A stretch of DNA of 63,994 nucleotides, counting the filler, from Dicyema japonicum (lineage: Eukaryota > Animalia > Dicyemida): assembly GCA_011109175.1 (NCBI GenBank). It is 7 parts of 7 records of this genome, joined end to end, with 100 filler letters (N's around TTAATTAATTAA, not from the genome) between each part and the next. Parts side by side here need not be neighbours in the genome. Positions count along the whole stretch, not along the records: positions 1 to 26,222 come from RDEW01000004.1; positions 26,323 to 31,596 come from RDEW01000101.1; 5 more parts are not named here. One strand, given 5' to 3'. A program made the translations under genes and the position numbers. This document shows, one piece after another, positions 13,601-26,539 of the stretch. Under the pieces are notes generated by a model. That model did no database searches, had not been told where the DNA came from, and saw nothing but the letters and a program-made list of their open reading frames with translations. Position 1 is the stretch's first letter; each line of letters opens with the position of its first letter.

Positions 13601-13868
13601 ATAAGTAATACAAATTTTAATTAATGTTAAATTATATAAAAGTAGAATTAATTTTTTTAGTTTAAAGTGGAACGTGTTATATAGGTTGTTCCTGTGTTAC
13701 TTGTCATGTCGATCATTTTTTATGTCTGTTATTAATTATTGTCTAATATGTGGTTATTTGAAGTCAGTGATGACGATACGATGGTCTTCTTATTATAATG
13801 ATGACATTTTATTCGCTTAGACTTTGACTTAACAAATTTTGTCTGATTTTTTTATTTTGCCGATTTTA
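10622..13868. repeat. Pair of ~130-bp inverted repeats (10622-10756 and 13735-13868)
   Basis: GCGAATAAAATGTCATCATTATAATAAGAAGACCATCGTATCGTCATCA at ~10670 is the reverse complement of ~13768-13817. Confidence 0.8.
11141..12810 (-). mobile_element. R4/Dong-like RLE non-LTR retrotransposon (RT + CCHC)
   Basis: DVKKAFDSVDH, GILQKDSLSP, HLLFIDDLK, NLFRAINEYA, KERLYL..GRGL and the CxxC..TVDHLATQC zinc finger. Contains an N gap. Confidence 0.88.
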
Positions 13869-14919
13869 CAATGTCTTTATTAATCTATTGAATATACTCT
13901 ACAACATTGTTATCCAAAAGAGGCGCGATACGCCCCCTCGGTGGCGAGTTTATTTGTGCAGCTCAGAAAGAAAAACGGCTCCTATTGTCTTAGAGATTGT
14001 ATGGAAGAGCGGAGACTAACAGTTACCACAAGATAATCACCGTCGCTATCTATTGATGATTAAGATTGAACACTTAGCAGCATTTACTTAATTTTATTGT
14101 ATCCTCTTAATTAATAGGAAATTAAAAATTTCAGTGTCATTCAAAGTGGGTCAATGCCGTTCAAAATCATCGAAAATTCTGTTAGTAATGTGCAGCAATT
14201 CCTTTTCATCCAACTCCCTAGTTGGCAACGTGGTTGAAAAAAAGAAAAAGAACGCCCTCTATCCGATCTAGAGCTTGCAAATGCAAACATTACAGATTCC
14301 AAAATGGTTTTTTTAAACAATTTTGGATGAACACATCCGCACCGTGGAAAACCTCAACCTTGAATCCATTACACTCTCAGTTAGAAAAAAACTCAATTTT
14401 CTTAGAAGAAACAACGAAACAAGGCTACTCTTTCCAGACAATATTTGAACAAATATCTAATGTTTAAAATGTAAAAGTGAAAAATCAAATTCTATGAAGT
14501 TTTTTGACAGAACAAAATTGTCGAAAGCGAGGTACTCTATCTGGAAGCAAGATTATGGAGTCCTTTAATAGATCGGAACTGAATTCACCAAAACGGATTG
14601 TCAATATACACCAAGTTCCAGTGGAAAGACACATCAAGCGATTCTATAAATGCTGAAATTAAATTTTGAAGCTGAAATATTTTATTTATTTTCATTACTT
14701 TTTCTTTTATGGATTTAAGGGATGGTATTTAACTAGACACAAAAAACCAGATCTTTATGAGAAATTATTGCTTTTCGAGAACAATTTTAAAAAAAGATTT
14801 TTATTAATTTTTCAAGTAGTAAAAATTTTGGGGTTTATAATTCGTAATAATATTTATTAGGTTGAAAATCAACGAATTCAAACTGTGAATATTATTGTTT
14901 TTTTATATATTTTAAATTT

Positions 14920-15340
14920 TATTGAAGAATGAAAATAAAGTAAACGGTTATATATAGGCTGCCCAGACTGCGTGGCTATTCCCTCTCAGGTTATAGAGCA
15001 AAATTCGTTTAAATAGCCAGCAGCGCTCACGAGGGTCTCCTTTTTTGTTGCGATCCGATTCTTGAGACGACTCAAGAATTCCAGCGTCGCAGGCGCAAGG
15101 GAACCAGACGTCTCAACGGCAAGTGGAGCAAACAAAAAAATCCTTGGGTAAGACCGCGTATTTTTCCCGTTTCATCTTCTCGGCCTTCTCAGCGGCAGAA
15201 CAGGCTCCAAAGGCACTTTGGAGTAGGTTGCAAGAGGAAAATTTGTCGGTGCAAGTAACGTCCCAGACAAAAAGTTTCCCGGCTTCAAAAGGGAACATTG
15301 TCATCCCATCTGGTGTTTCCCGTCCCGTCTGCTAAGGCCG
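14920..15340 (-). mobile_element. CRE-clade 3' fragment (RLE domain)
   Basis: PDGMTMFPFEAGKLFVWDVTCTD...AAEKAEKMKREKY...VETSG...RGNSHAV. Confidence 0.88.
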
Positions 15341-15344
15341 ACAT

Positions 15345-15882
15345 GTTATTATTTGCATCTAAAAAGTTAGAGGACGACATGAAAATTCGCTTTAAAAATT
15401 TAGAAAATTTAAATTTTTAATTAATATGTAATTCCATTTGAAGTTGAAAACGTTAATATATATCAAGAAATAACAGAAAATTTGTTAAATCTGAAATGTG
15501 GCTTTGAAGCTAAAGCCATATTTAGCAACTATGGATATCATTGAAGTTAAAAACGTTAATATATATCAAGAAATAACAGAAAATTTGTTAAATCTGAAAT
15601 GTGGCTTTGAAGCTAAAGCCATATTTAGCAAATATGGATATCAACAATTCTGGATTACTCATAAAAAAATATCCTCAATTGTGGAATGAAATCGAAACAC
15701 TTATAATAACATTTCCTTAAACATATCTAGATGAAAGAGGATTTAATGCAGTCTCCGATTTTTTGACTAAAAAAAATAATTTACAAAATGTGTATAGAGG
15801 AGATTTGAGACTAAGTCTGTCAAACATGAAATCTGAAATAAAATGATTGATAAATTCTTATCAAGCACAAAGTAGTCACTAA
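15345..15882 (+). mobile_element. hAT (Buster/Charlie-type) transposase C-terminal remnant
   Basis: ...QFWI...TFP*TYLDERGFNAV...TKK...GDLRLSLSNMKSEIK*LINSYQAQSSH*, matching the Buster/ZBED5-type dimerisation end (FPSTYLCE.GFS...DLRL.L...QxxxSH). Contains a 102-bp internal tandem duplication. Confidence 0.8.
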
Positions 15883-16486
15883 AATTACAGTCCGACCCCG
15901 AATTGGGGCAGACTCCAGGGGTGGGGCACCCCCGCATTTTGGGGCATTTTTTTCGCCAACATTTAACTTTTCAATTTTAAACATTTAACTTTTCAATTTT
16001 AAACTTTTCAATTTTAAAACTAATTAGTAATACTTGATAATATTAAAATTTGGTCAGTTGGCATTGTACTCTAATGCTGGAAACAGTTTCGACGTACAAT
16101 TTGAAAAAAATGGCTGAATAAATCCACAATTGAAAAAAATTAAATCTTAAGGGNNNNNNNNNNNNNNNNNNNNNNNNNNNNNNNNNNNNNNNNNNNNNNN
16201 NNNNNNNNNNNNNNNNNNNNNNNNNNNNNNNNNNNNNNNNNNNNNNNNNNNNNNNNNNNNNNNNNNNNNNNNNNNNNNNNNNNNNNNNNNNNNNNNNNNN
16301 NNNNNNNNNNNNNNNNNNNNNNNNNNNNNNNNNNNNNNNNNNNNNNNNNNNNNNNNNNNNNNNNNNNNNNNNNNNNNNNNNNNNNNNNNNNNNNNNNNNN
16401 NNNNNNNNNNNNNNNNNNNNNNNNNNNNNNNNNNNNNNNNNNNNNNNNNNNNNNNNNNNNNNNNNNNNNNNNNNNNNNNNNNNNNN

Positions 16487-17990
16487 CAGCAGAGGCAAGG
16501 GAATTCTTTAATGTCATGTTAAGACAGGAGTGCCTGGGGAAACGACCCGCACTCATCTTGCATGGCAAGGGATGATAACCAAAAGGATCGATCCAACGTC
16601 AACAGCGGCATTTTCTTTCGGCACACAATTTAAGACCAAGACGAAGCGAGGTAGCTATTCTCACAGCCTCATCATCCAACAAGTTTCCAATTTCGGTAAA
16701 TGAATAAGCGTTCATCCAGGCCCCCGTCGAGTGACAACTGGCTGTTTTGAGGCAGGCAAGCCTTCTTACATCTTCCGTCTTTTCAAGGGACTCTTTCTTT
16801 TTTTCGAAGACACAAAACAAATAGGACTTTTGCTTATCAAAATTGGCCGGAGCATTCAGGTAGAAAATTCATCCATTCATCCCAGGCTCCCGACGGCGTC
16901 AGCGGTACGTTTAGTCCGGAAGTAGAGTGAAGGACCTTATCCACTAAACGCCTTGACGAGCCGAACGAAGATAAATAGGCGCCCAAAGCAACGTCCGAAG
17001 GAAGAGAAAGACCCAACACACCTAGGCTACAGGGAGTGAGGCCTGTAACCATCCGAAATCATCAAAACAAACATTAAGAATTGACCCCATCGTTGACCGG
17101 ATATCCATATCAATTAACGATAGAAGGTCTCATTCGGCGTAACATGGGCATCCCGTAGAATAGAAAGGAGTCTTGGGAGAAGGAGACAATTCTTCAGCAT
17201 AAAAAAGGCGACATGACAGTCCAAAAAACTCATACTGACGTAAATTAGTTTTCTTGCCTTCCAATAACTCCCTCTTCCGGTTTACCAAAATCCCACACCC
17301 AACGAAATCGAGAGAATCAATATGAGTCTCCCTAACCCCTGGGATGATATCGCAGAGTTTTCTATGAAAAAGGTAAAATGAATCGGAACTCAAATTCTTT
17401 TTCCACAAAAACGTCTGATCGATTCCACTTTGGAGAGAATATCATCGGGACTTCCACCGAGAATAAAATCGTCCAGATACCAGACGTTCAGTGGAGTGCA
17501 ACGGTCCTGGGCAATATGGTCGATAGACAAGGAAAATATAAGAGGACCGATTGGGTCCCCCTGTTGAACTCCGGATCCGGATGAAATAATTCCACTGCCA
17601 AAAACAAAATGGGATAGATCCGAATACGCGAGATATACAAAGGGATAAATCTGAGGAATCCTCCTCTTACAGGTATCAAAAAAGGTGACTGAATTGAAGG
17701 CATTCCGAATGTCTAATTTGAATAAAACTCTGTCCTCAACATTCAATTCAGCTGATTGTGACGCAAATTCTTTCACTGCGTGGATCCCAGCTTCACAGCG
17801 GCAATTGAATCCGACACCAAGCTGCGAAAGACAAAATTCGGCTGAAATTCGGGAGATAACAAAACGACAAGCCATTTTTGCGGACAAACATCGAAATACA
17901 TTTCCAATTGCAATGGGGCGAATACCATCATCTTTCTTTCCAAGGCCCGTTAGATTCGCCGAAAAGAGGAGATTCCTACCAAAATCGGAA
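16487..17990 (-). mobile_element. CRE-clade element, RT to zinc finger
   Basis: GIRPIAIG, QLGVG, CEAGIH, KLDIRNAFNS, GVQQGDPIGPLIF, WYLDD, GAWMNA and SLRLG..C..CRC motifs. Confidence 0.92.
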
Positions 17991-17994
17991 TTAA

Positions 17995-18305
17995 ATCCCC
18001 GATACACCGAGAAATGAGTTAAAGTAAACAACTAATTAAGTGTATCCAGTTTACACTTCTAGAGAAACAGAGTCCATCCGGAATCAACATATAAAGAAAA
18101 AGACGTTCATACTTGGAGTTGTGAAAACCCCTCAAGTGTTGTGGGGGAGAGCAAATGATCCTTTTGTGTACCGGCCAGGTACTGGGCGTCACCTGGACAG
18201 GTGGATCACATGACGCCACTCTTATAGGAAGAGAGAGGAGAATCAGCTAAACAAACATAAAACTTAAGCCAATTAACCATGCACCATCACATGGCGCCAC
18301 GAGGC
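17995..18305 (-). mobile_element. ~310-bp non-autonomous SINE-like element with non-tRNA head and LINE hairpin tail
   Basis: 5' module carries GTGGCG(C/T)CATGTGAT twice, with related heads at 36959-37045 (+) and 48290-48438 (-). The 3' end is the GATACAC...GTGTATC hairpin tail. Confidence 0.6.
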
Positions 18306-18499
18306 GTAATTTTTTTCACTAAAATTGTTTTTATATAACAAAAAAGTTTTTGAATAAACTTTTCAATTTTAAAAATAATTAGTAATACTTGATAATATTA
18401 AAATTTGGTCAGTTGTATTGTACTCTAATGCTGGAAACAGTTTCGACGTACAATTTGAAAAAAAATGGCTGAATAAATCCACAATTGAAAAAAATTAAA

Positions 18500-18862
18500 T
18501 CTTAAGGGGCGCAGAAATTTTGAAGCTTCAAATTTGTATCAAAAGGGGGGGAGGGTGAGCTGACATAAAAAAAATTAAGAACCACTAGTATAGACCATAG
18601 AAGAGGAATAAGATTTGTTATTAATATAAATAGAAAAAGCTATAGAGAAAAAGTCTTTAATATCTTTAATATTTCCAATTAAAAAATATCCATCAACTGA
18701 AAGATTTNAGTGCCGTCTTCATTATAATCAATGCATAATGCTGATTTAAAGCCATTCCTCGAATGAAATTTACGATTTTGAGACTCGAGTAATCATGATT
18801 TTTAAAATTATTTCTCATACCCCTAGGGGGTGCGAGGACCCCCAATCGGAAGCACTGGACTA
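18500..18862. mobile_element. Two hAT-like terminal sequences
   Basis: ...AAAATTAAGAACCACTA (~18588) and CCCCTAGGGGGTGCGAGGACCCCCAATCGGAAGCACTG (~18820-18857) resemble Charlie-type termini (CAGTGGTTC...; GGGGTC.CG.ACCCCCTAGGGG). Confidence 0.5.
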
Positions 18863-21259
18863 AAGGTACGTTTCGAAAAATCAATTTTCTATGTGGTTTT
18901 CTGAATGATGCTTTAATATCTATTATGGATGCGGTATTTTTTACTATTATTTATGCACGTAAGTGATGCCAAGATCATGCATGTGCAACACGAAAAGTTA
19001 AAAATCTAATTAACACCGCCTATCTTTTTCGATCAGTTGCCATGTTCCGTAGCATATCTAGATCATCCCCATCTTAAGGCATTTTCCAATCCTCCTGAAA
19101 TCTTCATCTGTGCCTTTTATAAAATTTATTAAAATAAAATTACTAAGTTGAATTATAAATTAATAAAAATATATTATGACTACGAAACAACAGACGGTAA
19201 ATTGTTGACAGCAGAAGATCTGAACGTTGTTAGAATGGGGTTCAAAACAAGATGGCTTGAGTGTGAATGGCAAGGGGGTATAAAAATAAAGATATGAAAA
19301 TGCAACTATCAAAAACAGATAATAATAGAACATTTATTGGAAATAGTAACTTATAATAATCGATATTTACCACTCGGATGTAATTCTGAATTCGGACACA
19401 TTCCAACAAAACATTTGAACACAAAATTAAAGTCAAAGTTTATGACAACTCATGGTACTCGAATTACAATAATCTCTTATACATTCAGTACTGGTAATTT
19501 AAATTCAGAAAAATATATATAATAACAATTTTTGGAAATTTTTGTGATCTTCGAGGTCAATAAAATCATTAAGAAATTTCGCAGCATCACATACAATAGT
19601 AATCAAAAAAATATGGCAATAGTAGAATCAAGTTAATGACTCTAACGATGAATATAAGAGTCATGGAAATTAGCGTCATTTTGATATCCAAAAAATTGAG
19701 ATTCTTCTGTCCATGGTTCTTTTGAAGGATCGGATGAAAAATTTGAAATTGGAAATTATTATAGTTAACATCTAAAAACCAACCCAATAATAGTAATACT
19801 CTTTACATATATTACTTGAAACCGCAAGTATTTCGGAGCAATTACAAATTTTTCTGATGATGGTTGCATTCATATAATTAAAGTCAAGAATTTTCTGCAA
19901 CAATNNNNNNNNNNNNNNNNNNNNNNNNNNNNNNNNNNNNNNNNNNNNNNNNNNNNNNNNNNNNNNNNNNNNNNNNNNNNNNNNNNNNNNNNNNNNNNNN
20001 NNNNNNNNNNNNNNNNNNNNNNNNNNNNNNNNNNNNNNNNNNNNNNNNNNNNNNNNNNNNNNNNNNNNNNNNNNNNNNNNNNNNNNNNNNNNNNNNNNNN
20101 NNNNNNNNNNNNNNNNNNNNNNNNNNNNNNNNNNNNNNNNNNNNNNNNNNNNNNNNNNNNNNNNNNNNNNNNNNNNNNNNNNNNNNNNNNNNNNNNNNNN
20201 NNNNNNNNNNNNNNNNNNNNNNNNNNNNNNNNNNNNNNNNNNNNNNNNNNNNNNNNNNNNNNNNNNNNNNNNNNNNNNNNNNNNNNNNNAAAGATTTAGA
20301 TATCTTTAAATCCAGCAATAGAAATTATTATATTACTGATTCATTCACAATAATATCTGCAAATTTTATCGATTCGACAAGGTTTGTCAAAAAAATTTAA
20401 ATTTTTAAAGAGATAATGAGATAACCAATAATGTAAATACATTTATCCGAATAACTTCATATGAAATAATATTCAACGTTTTTGATTACTTAATATAATA
20501 GAATTTTTTTAAAAACGATTTTTTTGATAAAACTAAAAACAGAATCAAATTTTTAATTTATAATTTTGAAAAAATTGAAAATATCCGATTTACAAAGTAT
20601 TCATCAGCACGTTATTAGTATAAACTTATTTTTATTATTATAGTTTCGAGAGCAGTGAAATTATGTCACATTATGAATTTGTAATAAATAATAATAAGTA
20701 AGTTTTTATAATACTTTAGGGGATATAATACAGACGATCTTCCAAGAAATAATATGAATAATCATTTTGCCAAGAATAAATTAAAAATTTTCAAAAATGT
20801 AAGTACACAAACAAAAAAATATGACTTTAATAAGTAAGTTTTTATAATACTTTAGGGGATATAATACAGACGATCTTCCAAGAAATAATATGAATAATCA
20901 TTTTGCCAAGAATAAATTAAAAATTTTCAAAAATGTAAGTACACAAACAAAAAAATATGACTTTAATATTTTAATATTTTTGAACAACAAAACTACATGT
21001 TCAAAACGATAAATCAAAATACAATATCACGTTTTATATAAATACATTTTATTATAGTATTTAAACTTCATTTTTAAATATCAATATTTTTCGAGTTAAT
21101 TTGAAATATAATCTTTTTATTTGAATCGTATATATTTATAAATGAAATAATTTTGATTTAAGTCTCTCGACTCTACTATATAATTGTTGCGAAGATGAAG
21201 AAATTGAGACTATCTTTTATCTGTTGACCTTCTTACATAAACAGATAGAACTAGTAATA

Positions 21260-21556
21260 CTAGATATACACCAAGATTCTACCCATAGTGATAAAATATT
21301 TGATTTGGGTCATCCTACTTAACGATCACTAAGCCACAAGAATCAGATAATAATTATAAACTTGTCCATACTGATTTGTCATGCAACAGCCATAACTTGT
21401 ATTCTTCAAATTAAGACGGTATTACGATTTTTTGTAAGACTCAGTAATATTTGTAAAACAAGTCTCATGTTTCTTGGAGTACTTTATTGATGCGAGGACT
21501 GGTTCTTTTGTGATATGTGCTTATACCTCGGAAAAAAGATTAGAACTGCAATTAAG
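21260..21556 (-). pseudogene. Possible decayed Ig-like domain plus hydrophobic segment
   Basis: One frame reads LNCSS...(two TAA)...TSYGCCMTNQYGQVYNYYLILV, i.e. a YxCxxxNxYG motif with cysteines about 54 aa apart, followed by a hydrophobic stretch. A second partial copy lies at about 26070-26222. Confidence 0.3.
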
Positions 21557-21944
21557 CTATCCTTAAACAAAAACTGAGAAACTGTCTAAAGAAAGACGAA
21601 AGCATGAAGTTAGAATCGATTAGCCAAATTCGGAAGATACCTAAGCCTTTGTCTCTCAGTCTTATTGACCCTTGTCAAGTCGAACGAGTATAGCATGTTA
21701 GAAATTTTGATGGCTCAATTCTCGATGTAATAGAGATCTGTATAAACACATTTCCAGAGTAATCAAAAGCTAGAGAATGGTAAGGAATTGACGTCTTTTA
21801 TGTTTATATAGATGTGCGAACTGTCTTGATCTCCTCTTCAAATTTTTAATAGTATAGCTCTTGTAGATCGTTGTTATTAATAATAAGCACACCGCAAAAC
21901 AACGTTAGTAAAGTTATTATTAATAAGCACACCGCAGTTTATTA

Positions 21945-22818
21945 CTTACGGCTTCAACATGAGAACACACTTACGGACGGCCTTAGTATTCATCGACATA
22001 CAGAAGGCCTTTGAATATGTTCCGAGGAAACTCCTAACTCAAAAGATTTTTAACTCGAACTTACACCCAAACATCAAGCTATGGCTGGAAAACTTCTTAA
22101 CTGGACGACGCGGAAGGGTCCGAATTGACAAAACCTCTTCAAAATTAAGACTACTTTACAATGGGGTTCTGCAAGGCTCCCCTTTATCTTCTCTTATTTT
22201 CAACCTTTTTCTACATGACCTAGCTACTACCAATGATCAGGACACTATGTTTTTATCCTATGCAGACGACCTAATTATCTCTGCAAGAAATAAATCTCCA
22301 ACCATGGCTGTAGCAACTGTTCAGACACACCTAACAAGAGTTGTCACTGGCCATCTTCAAATATGTTATGTGTTTCAGCATCCAAGTCTCAGTTCACATT
22401 ATTCACTACGGACAGAAGATTTAAAGGTGGAGTCAAGATATCCATCGGAAACACTCCCATCTCTTTTACGAGGACCCAGAAGATCATTGGTGTAATTTTC
22501 GACTTTCTTTGACGTTCTCGAGTCACTCGTTTCTGATGAAGAAACGTTGAAAAATGGCAAAGATTTCCTACGTTTCTAAAAGGAACTGGGAAACCCAATC
22601 AAGGAAAAGGTGGCCCATGCAGAGGGATTTCGGTCGGTAATAAAAAAGTGCACTTGAAAGAATTCCTTTGCAGAAGGAAGAGAAGACGCATCCGGAATGC
22701 GGTTGGATCATCAGAAGACCAAATGAAGAGAGTTCGGATGTTACTGGAAGCTGGGATCACCTAATTAGTCAGTTTTGACCTATCTTTCCTGGTGGTCTTG
22801 GGGTTAAATAAATAAATT
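21945..22818 (+). mobile_element. 5'-truncated LINE (I/Jockey-group-like) ending in GIT* hairpin
   Basis: DIQKAF, GVLQGSPLSSLIFNLFLHD and YADD; ORF ends EAGIT*; (TAAA)n tail. Confidence 0.9.
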
Positions 22819-22844
22819 GCACAAACAATTAATTGAGCCATCTG

Positions 22845-25010
22845 TCAGCTATGCAATTGTAGGATTTCCTCCAGATTTGTGATGAATAATAACGGAGATA
22901 TGGCGTCTCTTTGAGGGGTGCCTTTGTTTGTTCTTAATACTCTGGAATTCTGATTTCCGAGCTGGAAAAATAGTTGAGTGGAGGAGAATAGATAACGAAT
23001 TATTCTGATGCAATCTTCCTTGATAGTGGTGTTAATATTCGTATTATCTTGATATACTGATTGACTCAAATGCCTTAGATAGGTCGATTCCCATTATATG
23101 GTACTCATCTTTATATTTTTGGCATGAAGAACAGATCCATTTGTGGCTCCAAACGGCATCGGAAGTTGATCTTCCAAAGACAAACCCACTTTGGTTAGCT
23201 TCGATAAATCAACGTAGTGGGGCTTTTATTCTGTCTACAACGATTACGATAGAATTTTGCTCAGTCATGTTTGATTGGTCTTAAGCTGTTTAGCTATTTT
23301 ATTTCCTTTTCAGTTTTATGTAAAGGGATTAATTTTCTGATTCCAATTTTATTCTGGAGTATTCCTCAAATGTTTTGTTCGGAATGTAAGTAATGAGTTT
23401 AGAAAATCTTCATGAGCGTATTTTATGAGCTCTGCATTAACATATCTAGGCCTGGGGCTGTTGAGTTGTTTAGTCTAGTCACAGTTTTTAAAATTCTGTT
23501 AAGGTTTTAATTGGTGATAGCTTTCTGGGGAGTCCATCAAACGCATAAAGTGATTCTTCTTATAAAAATTGAAATATTTTTCTAAGTAATTAGCTATGGT
23601 GTCTGTCGGTTCCTGGTTGTTGTAAATGGTTCTTCCTAGTTCATCATGAACTGTTAGATTTGCAGAATACTTCTTTCGCGATAGCATCTTTACAGATGCA
23701 TATACGTGTTAGTACTATCCTACTTCATTTACAAGGTTCTGTAGCTATGTTTCGTGGATATTCTGGGATTTTTTCTTTATTTTTCAACGAGTTTATTCCA
23801 TAAACTTCTAGCAGGTAAATTGAGATTGAACGATTCTATAGTTTGTGATATATTATCTGAGTAGCTATTTACGTAGATAAGAATGTTTCTTTAGAATTCG
23901 AATGCGTATCTAAGTTCTCTGTGTCTGTTTTTGACTCTGTTAATCCAAAATCTTCTCTTTAGAAGAAATTTGATTACCAATAGTTTATGATCACTCGATG
24001 TTAGCGTTCCATCCATATGTTCTGGAATCTAAAAATAGGGTTTTCTGTGATTGTTGACACAGAATGTAGTCAAATTGGTTATATATTTTGATTAAATGTC
24101 CATTTAAGTCTCGGCGTTCATCAGTCCAGGTCGTGATATGCCTTGCAGCGTGCTGGAATGCTGTGTTGCAAATGAATAATTGTTTATTAATCACAAAGTT
24201 GGCCATAGTTGCTCCAGACATGTTCTTCTGACCTCACCCATGGGTACCCATGAAGCTCAGTTCTCCGCACCTTTTCCGACCTTCGCGTTCCAATCTCCAC
24301 TTATGTAAAGTACATACTTCGTGGATATTACCATAAGGGTTGTGGATATTGAACTGTTAAAATATTTCAGTTCCGTTGGGTTTTAGAGAGTTTTGGAAAT
24401 GTATGAGCATATACATTTATAATTGTAATTGTAGAGTTAGATCCAGTTTCTAATTGAATTACGCAAATTCTGTCATTCACTTTCAATATTCTTTTTATAT
24501 ATTCCCGGNCTTTCGCGTTCCAATCTCTACTTATGTAAAGTACATACTTCGTGGATATTACCATAAGGGTTGTGGATATTGAACTGTTAAAATATTTCAG
24601 TTCCGTTGGGTTTTAGAGAGTTTTGGAAATGTATGAGCATATACATTTATAATTGTAATTGTAGAGTTAGATCCAGTTTCTAATTGAATTACTCAAATTC
24701 TGTCATTCACTTTCAATATTCTTTTTATATATTCCCGGAGTCTGTATCCACCGCAAATCCCATTTCGTATTGATGACATTCCGAAGGAAAAATGATAAGG
24801 TCATGGTCAGCATTTTGTTCGTTAAGTGCTTCTTGGAGTTTCGTCTCTTAGTAATATTGTACCGTAACATATCCTGGCAGAATAGTCTTTTTTTGACCGA
24901 CGACTTTACTCCTCGAACTTTGAAGGATGCTAGCGTCAACAGATAGTTTCGAAAGAGTGAAAAAGACATGAGTGCAATTTGAGATGCGTCACCAACCTCA
25001 ACCAAAAATA
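22845..25010 (-). mobile_element. RTE-like LINE, inverted paralogue of 6831-8825
   Basis: Collinear reverse-complement similarity to the 6831-9300 element (CNTAFQHAARHITTW, YNQFDYIL, GTPQRDAISPLLF). Confidence 0.9.
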
Positions 25011-26222
25011 TCGTGGAGAAGTGATAACTTTTTTTAAGGAAGTATAATTGTTCTAATATGTTTAATTTAAAAATATAAACTAATAATTGATAATTTATAT
25101 TAAATTAAATTATTTATAGTTTTTTATTTAAATAGTTGGTTATGGAAGCTTGTATAATTCAACGTATATTAACATGCAATAAACTCAACAATGTAATGTC
25201 AGATCCAATAAATGTTCATATTTATTATGTATTACACTACTATAAACATTGATAGAAAGATTTAGATATCTGTAAATCCAGCAATAGAAATTATTATATT
25301 ACTGATTCATTCACAATAATATCTGCAAATTTTATCGATTCGACAAGGTTTGTCAAAAAAAAATTTAAATTTTTAAAGAGATAATGAGATAATCAATAAT
25401 GTAAATACATTTATCCGAATAACTTCATATGAAATAATATTCAAAGTTTTTGATTACTTAATATAATAGAATTTTTTTAAAAACGATTTTATTGATAAAA
25501 CTAAAAACAGAATCAAATTTTTAATTTATAATTTTGAAAAAATTGAAAATATCCGATTTACAAAGTATTCATCAGCACGTTATTAGTATAAACTTATTTT
25601 TATTATTATAGTTTTGAGAGTAGTGAAATTATGTCACATTATGAATTTGTAATAAATAATAATAAGTAAGTTTTTATAATACTTTAGGGGATATAATACA
25701 GACGATCTTCCAAGAAATAATATGAATAATCATTTTGCCAAGAATAAATTAAAAATTTTCAAAAATGTAAGTACACAAACAAAAAAATATGACTTTAATG
25801 TTTTAATATTTTTGAACAACAAAACTACATGTTCAAAACAATAAATCAAAATACAATATCACGTTTTATATAAATACATTTTATTATAGTATTTAAACTA
25901 CATTTTTTAAGTATCAATATTTTTCCAGTTAATTTGAAATACAATCTTTTTATTTGAATCGTATATATTTATTAATGAAATAATTTTGATTTAAGTTTCT
26001 CGACTCTACTTTATAATTGTTGCGAAGATGAAGAAATTGAGACTATTTTTTATCTGGTGACCTTCTTACATTAACAGATAGAGCTAGAAATACTAGGAAT
26101 ACGCCAATATTCTACCCACCGTTATAAAATATTTGATTTGGGTCATCCTACTTAACGATCACTAAGCAACAAGAATCAGATAATAATTATAAACTCGTCC
26201 ATACTGATTTGTCATGCAACAG

Positions 26223-26322
26223 NNNNNNNNNNNNNNNNNNNNNNNNNNNNNNNNNNNNNNNNNNNNTTAATTAATTAANNNNNNNNNNNNNNNNNNNNNN
26301 NNNNNNNNNNNNNNNNNNNNNN
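26223..26322. other. Artificial contig-joining linker (also 31597-31696, 43010-43109, 53388-53487, 59377-59476, 62255-62354)
   Basis: Six identical 100-bp blocks N44-TTAATTAATTAA-N44, with stops in all six frames. Confidence 0.97.
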
Positions 26323-26539
26323 ATCAAATCAAAATCACATACCGAAGAAATTCAAGAAAACATTCCATTAGTCTTTTTAAATGAATAATTTATTTCCTAA
26401 AAAACGCCAACAATTTAGTTCAATTTATATAATTAAGTTTTTTGTAAAACTTGAAAAAAACTCCATCCAAAAAATAGTCACTAGAGAATCATTTACCATG
26501 TTTTATAATCAAGACAAATCGACACTAACCACTTTGACA

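Larger units (their letters stand above)
20290..26222. repeat. Direct near-identical duplication 20290-21392 / 25255-26222; both inverted relative to 3526-4311
   Basis: Base-by-base match visible, e.g. TTATAATACTTTAGGGGATATAATACAGACGATCTTCCAAGAAAT in both copies and its reverse complement at ~3680-3725. Confidence 0.92.

Noticed and set aside
18285-18305. HDV-like ribozyme (GCCTCGTGGCGCC); also TCCTCGT at ~60858
   Set aside because: L3 is too short or P3/P1 pairing is absent, and the motif is not conserved in the other head copies.
10688-20318. Long ORFs containing X runs
   Set aside because: Produced by translation through N gaps.
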